From a virus (lineage: Duplodnaviria; Heunggongvirae; Uroviricota; Caudoviricetes), in the IMG/VR virus record IMGVR_UViG_2623620497_000008, positions 1-43,789 of that record: a DNA stretch of 43,789 bases; one strand, 5' to 3'. Positions 37,251 through 43,789 of this stretch are shown here, in pieces. Position 1 is the first letter of the stretch; the number at the start of each line of letters is the position of its first letter. A model generated the notes under the pieces. The model did not search any database. It was not told where the DNA came from and saw only the letters and a program-made list of their open reading frames with translations. The position numbers and the translations under genes were made by a program.

Positions 37251-37279
37251 TTGAAAACCTCTTTGAGGGATCCTATATA
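37251..37279 (+). promoter_or_regulatory. sigma70-like promoter: -35 TTGAAA, 17-bp spacer, -10 TATATA, upstream of the acidic two-gene cassette
   Basis: Good hexamers, but the -10 abuts the AAGGAG SD, so the TSS/start codon relationship is unresolved. Confidence 0.35.
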
Positions 37280-37292
37280 AGGAGTATAGTTA

Positions 37293-37658
37293 GTGACCCG
37301 AAACCCTGGAGATGAATCCGTTGAAGTTTTGCATAAAAGAGCAGTAGCGCGGTTTAACTCTCTTACTTATGCAATCATCGGTGAAATCAGTTCTATGCTC
37401 AGCAAGGCCAAATTATTGCCAATTCCTGAGCTACAGTTGAACAACCCTACATTCGAAGAGGTTGTTTCACAGTTAAGACTTTATCGCGCCCTATCCGAAA
37501 AAGTCGCTGAGTTGTTAAAAATTGATAGGAAAGATGAACTAGCTGAGCTTGACGCGTACATCGAGCTCGCAGATGACTTGGCTCAAGCCATTGTAGCTGA
37601 CAATCCTGAAGGGTTGTGCGCCGCCATAGCTGCTTTGGATGAGAAGCCATACGTATAA
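37293..37658 (+). CDS. acidic helical hypothetical protein (121 aa), rex-position cassette gene A
   Basis: GTG start with AAGGAG 8 nt upstream. Confidence 0.5.
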   Translation: MTRNPGDESVEVLHKRAVARFNSLTYAIIGEISSMLSKAKLLPIPELQLNNPTFEEVVSQLRLYRALSEKVAELLKIDRKDELAELDAYIELADDLAQAIVADNPEGLCAAIAALDEKPYV

Positions 37659-37675
37659 CAAACGAGGAGCACACG

Positions 37676-37804
37676 ATGGAAAACCGTTACGACTTTGAGA
37701 CCGTATTCGCACTGCTGAACGAAATGGAAGCATGCCTGAATAACGTTCGCCGACTGAATGCCCAGTTGGATGAAAGTCTGCGAGCTATTCCACTGGCAGC
37801 TTAA
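37676..37804 (+). CDS. small acidic helical protein (42 aa), cassette gene B
   Basis: ATG with GAGGAG 6 nt upstream, 18 nt after the gene A stop. Confidence 0.45.
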   Translation: MENRYDFETVFALLNEMEACLNNVRRLNAQLDESLRAIPLAA

Positions 37805-37835
37805 CATATCAGCAGCTATTAGAAATTCATCCAGA

Positions 37836-37863
37836 CCCGGCGCGGCCCCCGCGCCGGGTTTTT
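37836..37863 (+). terminator. strong rho-independent terminator (10-bp GC stem CCCGGCGCGG / CCGCGCCGGG, 3-nt loop, T5)
   Basis: Perfect inverted repeat 31 nt after the gene B stop. Confidence 0.65.
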
Positions 37864-38023
37864 ACTGCCTTCCGATCCATATCGGACAGCACCCGACCAC
37901 CAACACAAGCAATTGATTATTTAGAAAATATCTACTTTTTATCTTCATTTGCCCACTATTTGAACATCGCCCCGATCCCCATGGTTAACGGCATCACTGC
38001 TGGCTAGCTGTTGACTACCGGCC

Positions 38024-38227
38024 CTACTCTTCCCTCAGCATCAGCACGTCCAGTGCCAGCTCCACAGTCAGTTCTACCCTGTTTCCCTGCCACAGCACCT
38101 GAATCATCTCTATCAGCGCCTCTCTTAATGGCTCGCGCTTCTCAACCAGCAGTTGCATAACCGCTATCCCGATAACCTGCGCTATCTGTGGGTGCATCTC
38201 TGCGAAAAACTCATCCTCATTCGACAT
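38024..38227 (-). CDS. acidic hypothetical protein (67 aa) transcribed divergently from the OL/pL region
   Basis: ATG 38225-38227 with AGAGGG SD. Confidence 0.45.
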   Translation of the reverse strand: MSNEDEFFAEMHPQIAQVIGIAVMQLLVEKREPLREALIEMIQVLWQGNRVELTVELALDVLMLREE

Positions 38228-38293
38228 GGCGCTACCCTCTTTGGCGTTTTTTTGAGCTTACCAGCACGCTTTACAAAAATAAACCTCCATAGA

Positions 38294-38365
38294 ATACAAA
38301 ATGTTATCTTGAGAAGCAAAAATAAGTATACGTATTGTATTGCAAGTAATGAATACGTTTTGTAT
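38294..38365. promoter_or_regulatory. OL operator region: three sites ATACA-N3-TGTTA, ATACG-N3-TGTAT, ATACG-N3-TGTAT (centres about 38300, 38334, 38359)
   Basis: Same half-site consensus and similar spacing (34 and 25 bp) as OR. Confidence 0.55.
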
Positions 38366-38368
38366 ATT
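38340..38368 (+). promoter_or_regulatory. pL-like promoter: -35 TTGCAA, 17-bp spacer, -10 TATATT, overlapped by operator sites
   Basis: Consensus-like hexamers directing transcription toward gam-bet-exo-xis-int. Confidence 0.55.
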
Positions 38369-38447
38369 CACCTCACCCAAACAACACCGGCAACGCCGGG
38401 GTGAAGTCAAAACGTCCCGTTAGCCGCGATAAGGCAAAGGTGAAGAG

Positions 38448-38564
38448 ATGATCCGCGAAGAAGATAAAACTGAGTGGTTTAAGTTTCTGGCACACGCATT
38501 CGCCATCGTCGTATGCGTACTGATAGCAAGCGCGTTCTGCCTGATGCCTGGTGGTTCAGCATGA
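38448..38564 (+). CDS. small membrane peptide (38 aa), first ORF downstream of pL
   Basis: AGGTGA SD; MIREEDKTEWFKFLAHAFAIVVCVLIASAFCLMPGGSA. Confidence 0.35.
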   Translation: MIREEDKTEWFKFLAHAFAIVVCVLIASAFCLMPGGSA

Positions 38565-38671
38565 GCAGAAATGGCATTCGTTCACTGATTTACTGCCTGC
38601 TGATCTGCGGCGTTATCTGGACAGCGTTGATTATCAAAATTCTGCACGTTACGGGGGTGTTCAATGGTTAG
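38561..38671 (+). CDS. small membrane peptide (36 aa)
   Basis: ATGA overlap with the previous ORF. Confidence 0.3.
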   Translation: MSRNGIRSLIYCLLICGVIWTALIIKILHVTGVFNG

Positions 38672-38870
38672 TCATCATTACGGGACACAGACCGTTAACC
38701 GCGGCGCCGTTCTCCCAGGGATGCTCGTTAAGCATCGGGAAAGCACCTGGACAGCATCAGCAAATAAACGCGGCCGCCTGTACCTGCATCGCGGGATTGA
38801 GCGGACTTACACAACCGACTTGCTGGTTGAAGTTTATCTGAACGGGTTGGGACAAGGTCTCAGCCGGTAA
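38664..38870 (+). CDS. small basic protein (68 aa)
   Basis: Better codon usage than the overlapping 38551..38841 frame. Confidence 0.4.
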   Translation: MVSHHYGTQTVNRGAVLPGMLVKHRESTWTASANKRGRLYLHRGIERTYTTDLLVEVYLNGLGQGLSR

Positions 38871-38951
38871 TCGAAACGAAGAATTTAACTGAACTATCAG
38901 GCGGCTTTCATCGCGCCGGGGATTCTTACAACCAAATTTCAGGAGCGAGAT

Positions 38952-39236
38952 ATGAACGCATACCGCGCATACGACGCTATCGAAGAACGGAAATGGGCTG
39001 AGCAGTCGCTCACCGAAGAGAAGCAAAAGTGGATTGACGATCGGGCGCAGGAAATTATCGACGCCCTGCCGAAAGAGCCGTCAGGCCTGTTCCGCTTCTC
39101 TGTGCCGATGGACAAAAGCCCATACGAAGGCCTCCGCAGCGATGCAGCTGGCGAGGCATATAACGATCTCATCTCGGCAGTAGCTTACGCCCAGGCGGAA
39201 TACGACTGGGATCACCGCACCGGCTGCCCGTTTTAA
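38952..39236 (+). CDS. Gam-like host-nuclease inhibitor (candidate)
   Basis: 94 aa; N-terminal MNAY...D..E...WA resembles lambda GamS; sits immediately upstream of bet. Confidence 0.45.
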   Translation: MNAYRAYDAIEERKWAEQSLTEEKQKWIDDRAQEIIDALPKEPSGLFRFSVPMDKSPYEGLRSDAAGEAYNDLISAVAYAQAEYDWDHRTGCPF

Positions 39237-39251
39237 CTTTGGGGAATAGCA

Positions 39252-40097
39252 ATGGCTAACGAACTTGTGATTACAGCCAGCTCTCTTTCTGAGCGAGGCA
39301 TTGACGGCGCTACCTGGAGCGCCCTCAAGAACAGTATTTATCCTGGCGCCAAGGATGAGTCGGTGATGATGGCGCTGGACTACTGCCGGGCCAGAAACCT
39401 TGATCCTCTTCTGAAGCCCGTTCATCTGGTGCCAATGAGCGTTAAGGACTCGAAGTCGGGTAAAAGCGAGTGGCGCGATGTGGTTATGCCGGGCATCGGG
39501 CTTTATCGGATTCAGGCCGATCGCTCCGGTTCTTACGCTGGCGCAAAAGAACCAGAGTTCGGCCCGGACGTCACTCTGACGCTTACCGGTATTGAGGTGA
39601 CCGTACCTCAATGGTGCAAGTACACAGTCAGCAAGCGCATGCCGAGCGGGGAGATCGTCGAATTCAGCGCGAAAGAATACTGGGTTGAGAACTATGCCAC
39701 CGCCGGCCGCGACACTACCGCGCCAAACGCAATGTGGAAAAAGCGCCCTTACGGCCAGCTGGCGAAGTGTGCCGAGGCTCAGGCTCTGCGTAAGGCGTGG
39801 CCTGAAATTGGCCAGCAGCCCACTGCCGAAGAGATGGAAGGTAAAACACTGGAAGTTGATGCGCGTGACGTAACGCCGCGCAGCACTACCGAGGCGCTCC
39901 CCCTGGTGGCCAGTGAGGAAACGTTGCAGGCAATTACCGACCTCCTGACGTCCCTGAATAAGGACTGGGAGCAGGACTTCCTGCCTCTGTGCAGCAACAT
40001 CTTCAAGCGTGACATTTTCCAGGCATCACAGCTCACCGAAGAAGAAGCGCAGAAAGGCTTTAGCTTCCTCCAGAAAAAAGCGCAGGTGGCAGCATGA
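39252..40097 (+). CDS. bet: Bet/RecT-family single-strand annealing protein
   Basis: C-terminus ([12 protein letters not shown]...LQKKAQVAA) matches lambda Bet; N-terminal part RecT-like. Confidence 0.8.
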   Translation: MANELVITASSLSERGIDGATWSALKNSIYPGAKDESVMMALDYCRARNLDPLLKPVHLVPMSVKDSKSGKSEWRDVVMPGIGLYRIQADRSGSYAGAKEPEFGPDVTLTLTGIEVTVPQWCKYTVSKRMPSGEIVEFSAKEYWVENYATAGRDTTAPNAMWKKRPYGQLAKCAEAQALRKAWPEIGQQPTAEEMEGKTLEVDARDVTPRSTTEALPLVASEETLQAITDLLTSLNKDWEQDFLPLCSNIFKRDIFQASQLTEEEAQKGFSFLQKKAQVAA

Positions 40098-40774
40098 CAC
40101 CAGAAATTATCCTTGCACGCACTGGCATTGACGTTACCCGCATTGAACAGGGGGATGAATCCTGGCACCGCTTACGCCTCGGCGTGATCACTGCCTCGGA
40201 AGTTCACAACGTCATTTCTAAGCCCAAGTCAGGCAAGAAATGGACTGATATGAAGATGTCCTACTTCCTTACGCTCCTTGCCGAAGTGTGCACCGGCGTG
40301 GCGCCGGAAGTTAACGCCAAGGCGCTGGCCTGGGGGAAACAGTATGAGGCCGACGCTCGCACCCTGTTTGAGTTCACCACCGACGTGCAGGTAACCGAGT
40401 CGCCGATCCTTTTCCGTGACGAAGGTATGCGCACCGCCTGCTCACCAGACGGCCTGTGCAGTGATGGCCGAGGCCTTGAGCTGAAGTGCCCTTTCACCTC
40501 TCGCGACTTCATGAAATTTCGGCTTGGCGGCTTCGAGGCTATCAAATCCGCCTACATGGCCCAGGTGCAATTCAGCATGTGGGTAACCGGTAAGGATGCA
40601 TGGTATTTCGCGAATTATGACCCTCGCATGAAGCGAGAAGGCATTCACCACGTGGTTGTTGAGCGCGACGACAAATACATGTCCGACTTCAACGAAATGG
40701 TGCCGGAGTTCATCAGCAAGATGGATGAATCGCTGTCGGAGATCGGTTTCACCTTCGGGGAGCAGTGGAAATGA
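40094..40774 (+). CDS. exo: lambda-type exonuclease (Red alpha)
   Basis: Near full-length similarity to lambda Exo (RTGIDV...[61 protein letters not shown]). Confidence 0.9.
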   Translation: MTPEIILARTGIDVTRIEQGDESWHRLRLGVITASEVHNVISKPKSGKKWTDMKMSYFLTLLAEVCTGVAPEVNAKALAWGKQYEADARTLFEFTTDVQVTESPILFRDEGMRTACSPDGLCSDGRGLELKCPFTSRDFMKFRLGGFEAIKSAYMAQVQFSMWVTGKDAWYFANYDPRMKREGIHHVVVERDDKYMSDFNEMVPEFISKMDESLSEIGFTFGEQWK

Positions 40775-40929
40775 AACATTACCGCGACGCCATAACCGTA
40801 GGAAAAGTGAAGTGCATGTACTCCGTCCTTCATCGTGGCTGGCTAATGCCATCTGGTGAAGTGGTAAGAAACCCGTTAAAGGCTCAGCGGATGGCTGAAG
40901 AGCTGGCCACGAAAAGAGGTGCGCAATGA
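40771..40929 (+). CDS. small hypothetical protein (52 aa), translationally coupled
   Basis: ATGA overlaps at both ends. Confidence 0.35.
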   Translation: MKHYRDAITVGKVKCMYSVLHRGWLMPSGEVVRNPLKAQRMAEELATKRGAQ

Positions 40930-41453
40930 CTGATTACGGCGGATCGAAAACTCCAAAAAATGAACGTGACTACTGGCAAACACCGATTGAAATTTTCAAC
41001 GCGCTCGATCGCGAGTTTGGCTTCTGGCTGGATGCTGCAGCCTCTGAGAGTAATGCGCTATGCGCTCACTATCTCACTGAGCTGGATGACTCGCTGAACA
41101 GCGAATGGACGTCATACGGGGCGATCTGGTGCAACCCACCCTATTCCGATATTGGGCCGTGGGTGGAAAAGGCAGCCGAGCAATCCCGGGAGCAGTCTCA
41201 GGCCGTAGTGATGTTGCTACCGGCTGACATTTCTACCGGCTGGTTTATTTCAGCCATGCAATCAGCTGATGAACTCAGGCTGATAACGGGTGGCCGTGTT
41301 CAGTTTGTTCCTGCATCTGTTACAGGAAAGCGCCAGAGCAACCCTAAAGGCTCGCTCCTGTTTATCTGGCGTCCGTACATCACCCCGCGACACATCATCA
41401 CGACCGTATCGCTGGCTGAGTTAAAGCGGATCGGGAATCTGGAGGCTGCATGA
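40926..41453 (+). CDS. phage-type DNA N6-adenine methyltransferase
   Basis: NPPY catalytic motif (IWCNPPYSD); 175 aa. Confidence 0.7.
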   Translation: MTDYGGSKTPKNERDYWQTPIEIFNALDREFGFWLDAAASESNALCAHYLTELDDSLNSEWTSYGAIWCNPPYSDIGPWVEKAAEQSREQSQAVVMLLPADISTGWFISAMQSADELRLITGGRVQFVPASVTGKRQSNPKGSLLFIWRPYITPRHIITTVSLAELKRIGNLEAA

Positions 41454-41590
41454 CGCCTGAAGAAAAAGAAAACGCTCTCCGCGCCCAGGCTCGTCGCTGC
41501 GCAGAAGAGATAACCAAAGCGATGAGCGTAAAGCCTAAACCGAAGTGGAACGCTGTATGCCCCCCATCCTTCGCAAGCACTACGAGAAGG
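41450..41590 (+). CDS. small hypothetical protein (46 aa)
   Basis: ATG overlaps the methylase stop. Confidence 0.3.
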
Positions 41591-41666
41591 TAAAGCCGAT
41601 GGGTGTCAGCCTGGTGAAATTTGTCAGTGTTATTGGCCGCATGAATGAGCGGTATGGAGTGGAATC

Positions 41667-41867
41667 ATGAGCAAATACCCAAGAGTCGGCAGTGTTGCCG
41701 CCAAAAGCAAAAATACCTCTGCCAAATGCAAGTGCGGTGCAGTTGCGAAGTTTAAAACCACGGTGGAAGTAAATGTTTTCCGTGGTGACGACGAAGTGAT
41801 CTGGTCTTGTAACGAGCATAAAAAAGACTGTTCATTTTTGGTCGACTGGCAAGGCGGTGCAGCATGA
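41667..41867 (+). CDS. hypothetical Cys-containing small protein (66 aa)
   Basis: ORF track. Confidence 0.4.
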   Translation: MSKYPRVGSVAAKSKNTSAKCKCGAVAKFKTTVEVNVFRGDDEVIWSCNEHKKDCSFLVDWQGGAA

Positions 41868-42082
41868 GCGCAGAAATCATCGATCAGGCCAACGAGTTAG
41901 CGGAACTCCAGCGGGAAGCCGCCATTGCGAAATGTCGCATCAACCATTCGGCGGTTTCGGCTACTCACTGCCGCGACTGCGGGGAAGAGATAGCGGCTCG
42001 GCGCCGGGAACTGGTGGCGGGATGCCAGCGCTGTGCTGATTGCCAAGAAGAGTTTGAAGAACGTGGTAAGCACCTGAGGTGA
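41864..42082 (+). CDS. TraR/DksA-family C4 zinc-finger protein
   Basis: CRDCGEEI...CQRCADCQ four-Cys motif, 72 aa. Confidence 0.55.
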   Translation: MSAEIIDQANELAELQREAAIAKCRINHSAVSATHCRDCGEEIAARRRELVAGCQRCADCQEEFEERGKHLR

Positions 42083-42241
42083 TGTATGTGGGTAATGATG
42101 AAGCTTAAACGTACTGGGCAGGAGATGTATTTCCAGTGTTACGACAGCAGGGAAACGGCTGAAATGGCGATTAAGGTTATGAATTCCGTCGCCAGTAGCT
42201 GGGAATTCTATATCAGTTAAAGAGTGCGGCAGAGGTGATGC

Positions 42242-42487
42242 ATGCAGACAATAATCCAGATCGAGCCAAACGAATGGGTTTCAGAGGACTTGCTGATGGC
42301 AGTCACAGGGATGAAACGTGGAACCATTACACGGGCCCGCAAATCATCCTGGCTGCTTGGGCGTGAGTATAAGCACGTTTCCCCTGAAGGTGACCCAAAG
42401 CCAACCAGCGAATGCATGTACAACCGCAAAGCGGTAGACGCATGGATTCAGGCGCAAAAGCAACCATTGGGTGATCGGGCGGTATGA
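42242..42487 (+). CDS. xis: excisionase-like protein
   Basis: 81 aa small basic protein immediately upstream of int. Confidence 0.5.
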   Translation: MQTIIQIEPNEWVSEDLLMAVTGMKRGTITRARKSSWLLGREYKHVSPEGDPKPTSECMYNRKAVDAWIQAQKQPLGDRAV

Positions 42488-42529
42488 AACAGGTAAACTT
42501 GCAACGCTCCTGGACGTCGGGAGGGATAA

Positions 42530-43789
42530 ATGAGTAAAGAATCATACCCAACGGGCGTTGAGAACCACGGAAAGTCACTCCGCATATGGTTCATTTTTAA
42601 AGGTAAGCGTGTCAGGGAAAACCTCGGTGTCCCTGACACCGCTAAAAACAGGAAGGTGGCCGGGGAGCTGAGAACGTCAGTTTGTTTCGCTATCCGCATG
42701 GGGACCTTTGACTATGCGGCCCAATTCCCCAACTCGCCAAATCTGAAAACTTTCGGCATCGGGAAGAAAGATATCACCGTAAAAGATCTGTCTGAAAAAT
42801 GGCTTGAGCTTAAACGGATGGAGATCTGCGCTAATGCCATAAACAGGTATGAATCGGTGGTGAGAAGCATGCTGCCTAGGGTTGGCGCGAATAAGCTGGT
42901 TTCGTCTGTGACAAGAGAAGAGCTTCTCTATATCAGGAAGGATATGCTGGCGGGGGATAAAGGGTTGAGTGTGGTGACGGTAAACTACTACATGACCACG
43001 ATCGCGGGTATGTTTCAGTTCGCTGTTGATAATGGCTATGTGAGTGAAAACCCGTTTAACGGCATCAAGCCGCTAAAGAGGGCTAGGATAGAACCAGATC
43101 CGCTCACACGTGATGAATTCGTTCGCTTCATTGATGCCTGCAAGCATCAGCAAACGAAAAACCTGTGGTCAATTGCGGTATACACAGGATTACGTCACGG
43201 TGAGCTGGTCTCCCTCGCATGGGAAGATATAGATCTGAAAGCTGGAACGATGACCATACGCCGGAATTATACGAAACTCGGTGATTTCACTCTACCAAAA
43301 ACCGAAGCTGGTACCGACAGGGTCGTGCACCTGATCAAGCCTGCCATCGACGCTTTGAGGAACCAGGCAGAAATGACCAGGCTGGGAAGGCAGTATCAGA
43401 TTGAGGTGGCATTGCGGGAGTATGGCCGAACGGTTATTCACGACTGTACATTTGTGTTCAATCCTCAGTTGGTTAAAAAAAGTGGCAGCGTGGGTTACCT
43501 GTACAAAGCCGATTCAGTGGGTGACTCATGGGATGCGGCGCTTAAACGGTCAGGTTTAAGGCACCGGAAGGCGTATCAGTCGAGACACACTTACGCCTGC
43601 TGGTCGCTGTCTGCCGGGGCCAATCCGAGTTTCATTGCCAGCCAGATGGGACACGCCAGCGCCCAGATGGTTTTCAATGTTTACGGCGCCTGGATGGCCG
43701 ACAGCAGCAGCGATCAGATTGCCATGTTGAACCAAAAATTATCGGACTTTGCCCCATCCATGCCCCATGGCATGGTGATAGGAATATGA
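42530..43789 (+). CDS. int: tyrosine integrase
   Basis: 419 aa; N-terminal arm-binding-like region and C-terminal catalytic region (R..HxxR..Y context); GGGAGGG SD; gene ends at last base of window. Confidence 0.85.
   Translation: MSKESYPTGVENHGKSLRIWFIFKGKRVRENLGVPDTAKNRKVAGELRTSVCFAIRMGTFDYAAQFPNSPNLKTFGIGKKDITVKDLSEKWLELKRMEICANAINRYESVVRSMLPRVGANKLVSSVTREELLYIRKDMLAGDKGLSVVTVNYYMTTIAGMFQFAVDNGYVSENPFNGIKPLKRARIEPDPLTRDEFVRFIDACKHQQTKNLWSIAVYTGLRHGELVSLAWEDIDLKAGTMTIRRNYTKLGDFTLPKTEAGTDRVVHLIKPAIDALRNQAEMTRLGRQYQIEVALREYGRTVIHDCTFVFNPQLVKKSGSVGYLYKADSVGDSWDAALKRSGLRHRKAYQSRHTYACWSLSAGANPSFIASQMGHASAQMVFNVYGAWMADSSSDQIAMLNQKLSDFAPSMPHGMVIGI

Noticed and set aside
38385-38403. Leader hairpin downstream of pL as a lambda-type boxB (nut) site
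   Set aside because: Stem-loop has a 3-nt loop and a bulge, and no boxA-like element or N-like Arg-rich protein was found; kept only as a possible RNA structure.
38551-38841. 96-aa plus-strand ORF overlapping the small early genes
   Set aside because: Rare-codon-rich (tta, aga, ata, gga) compared with the overlapping 38664..38870 frame, and it conflicts with the ATGA-coupled chain of small ORFs.

Overview
The window reads as a nearly complete temperate prophage of about 43.7 kb. Bases 1-105 look like the truncated 5' end of a host DUF72/yecE-like gene, and the window ends exactly at the stop codon of a tyrosine integrase (42530..43789), so the int-proximal att site is outside the window. The genome is a mosaic. 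The right third is lambda-like: a LexA-type cI repressor divergent from cro-cII, with three ATACA-N3-TGTAT operators at both OR and OL; a pL operon carrying gam-like, bet, exo, Dam methylase, TraR-like, xis and int genes; replication genes O (with two 4 x 12-bp iteron arrays) and P; a nin-like region with RusA; and a Q antiterminator. Downstream of Q sit a phage tRNA-Asn(GUU) and a lysis cassette (holin, GH108-type endolysin, overlapped spanins). The left two thirds, all on the minus strand, encode packaging and head genes and a contractile (myovirus-type) tail with sheath, tube, a frameshifted chaperone, tape measure with lytic transglycosylase domain, baseplate, glycine-rich fibre and beta-helix tailspike. 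Several low-GC, terminator-capped cargo islands interrupt the late operon, and an acidic two-gene cassette with its own promoter and terminator sits at the rex-equivalent position. The best candidates for an undescribed system are the baseplate-embedded island (7375..8596), the AT-rich cassette between lysis and terminase genes (25036..25703) and the rex-position cassette (36862..38227). All calls rest on reading the sequence and the ORF translations; no database search was run.
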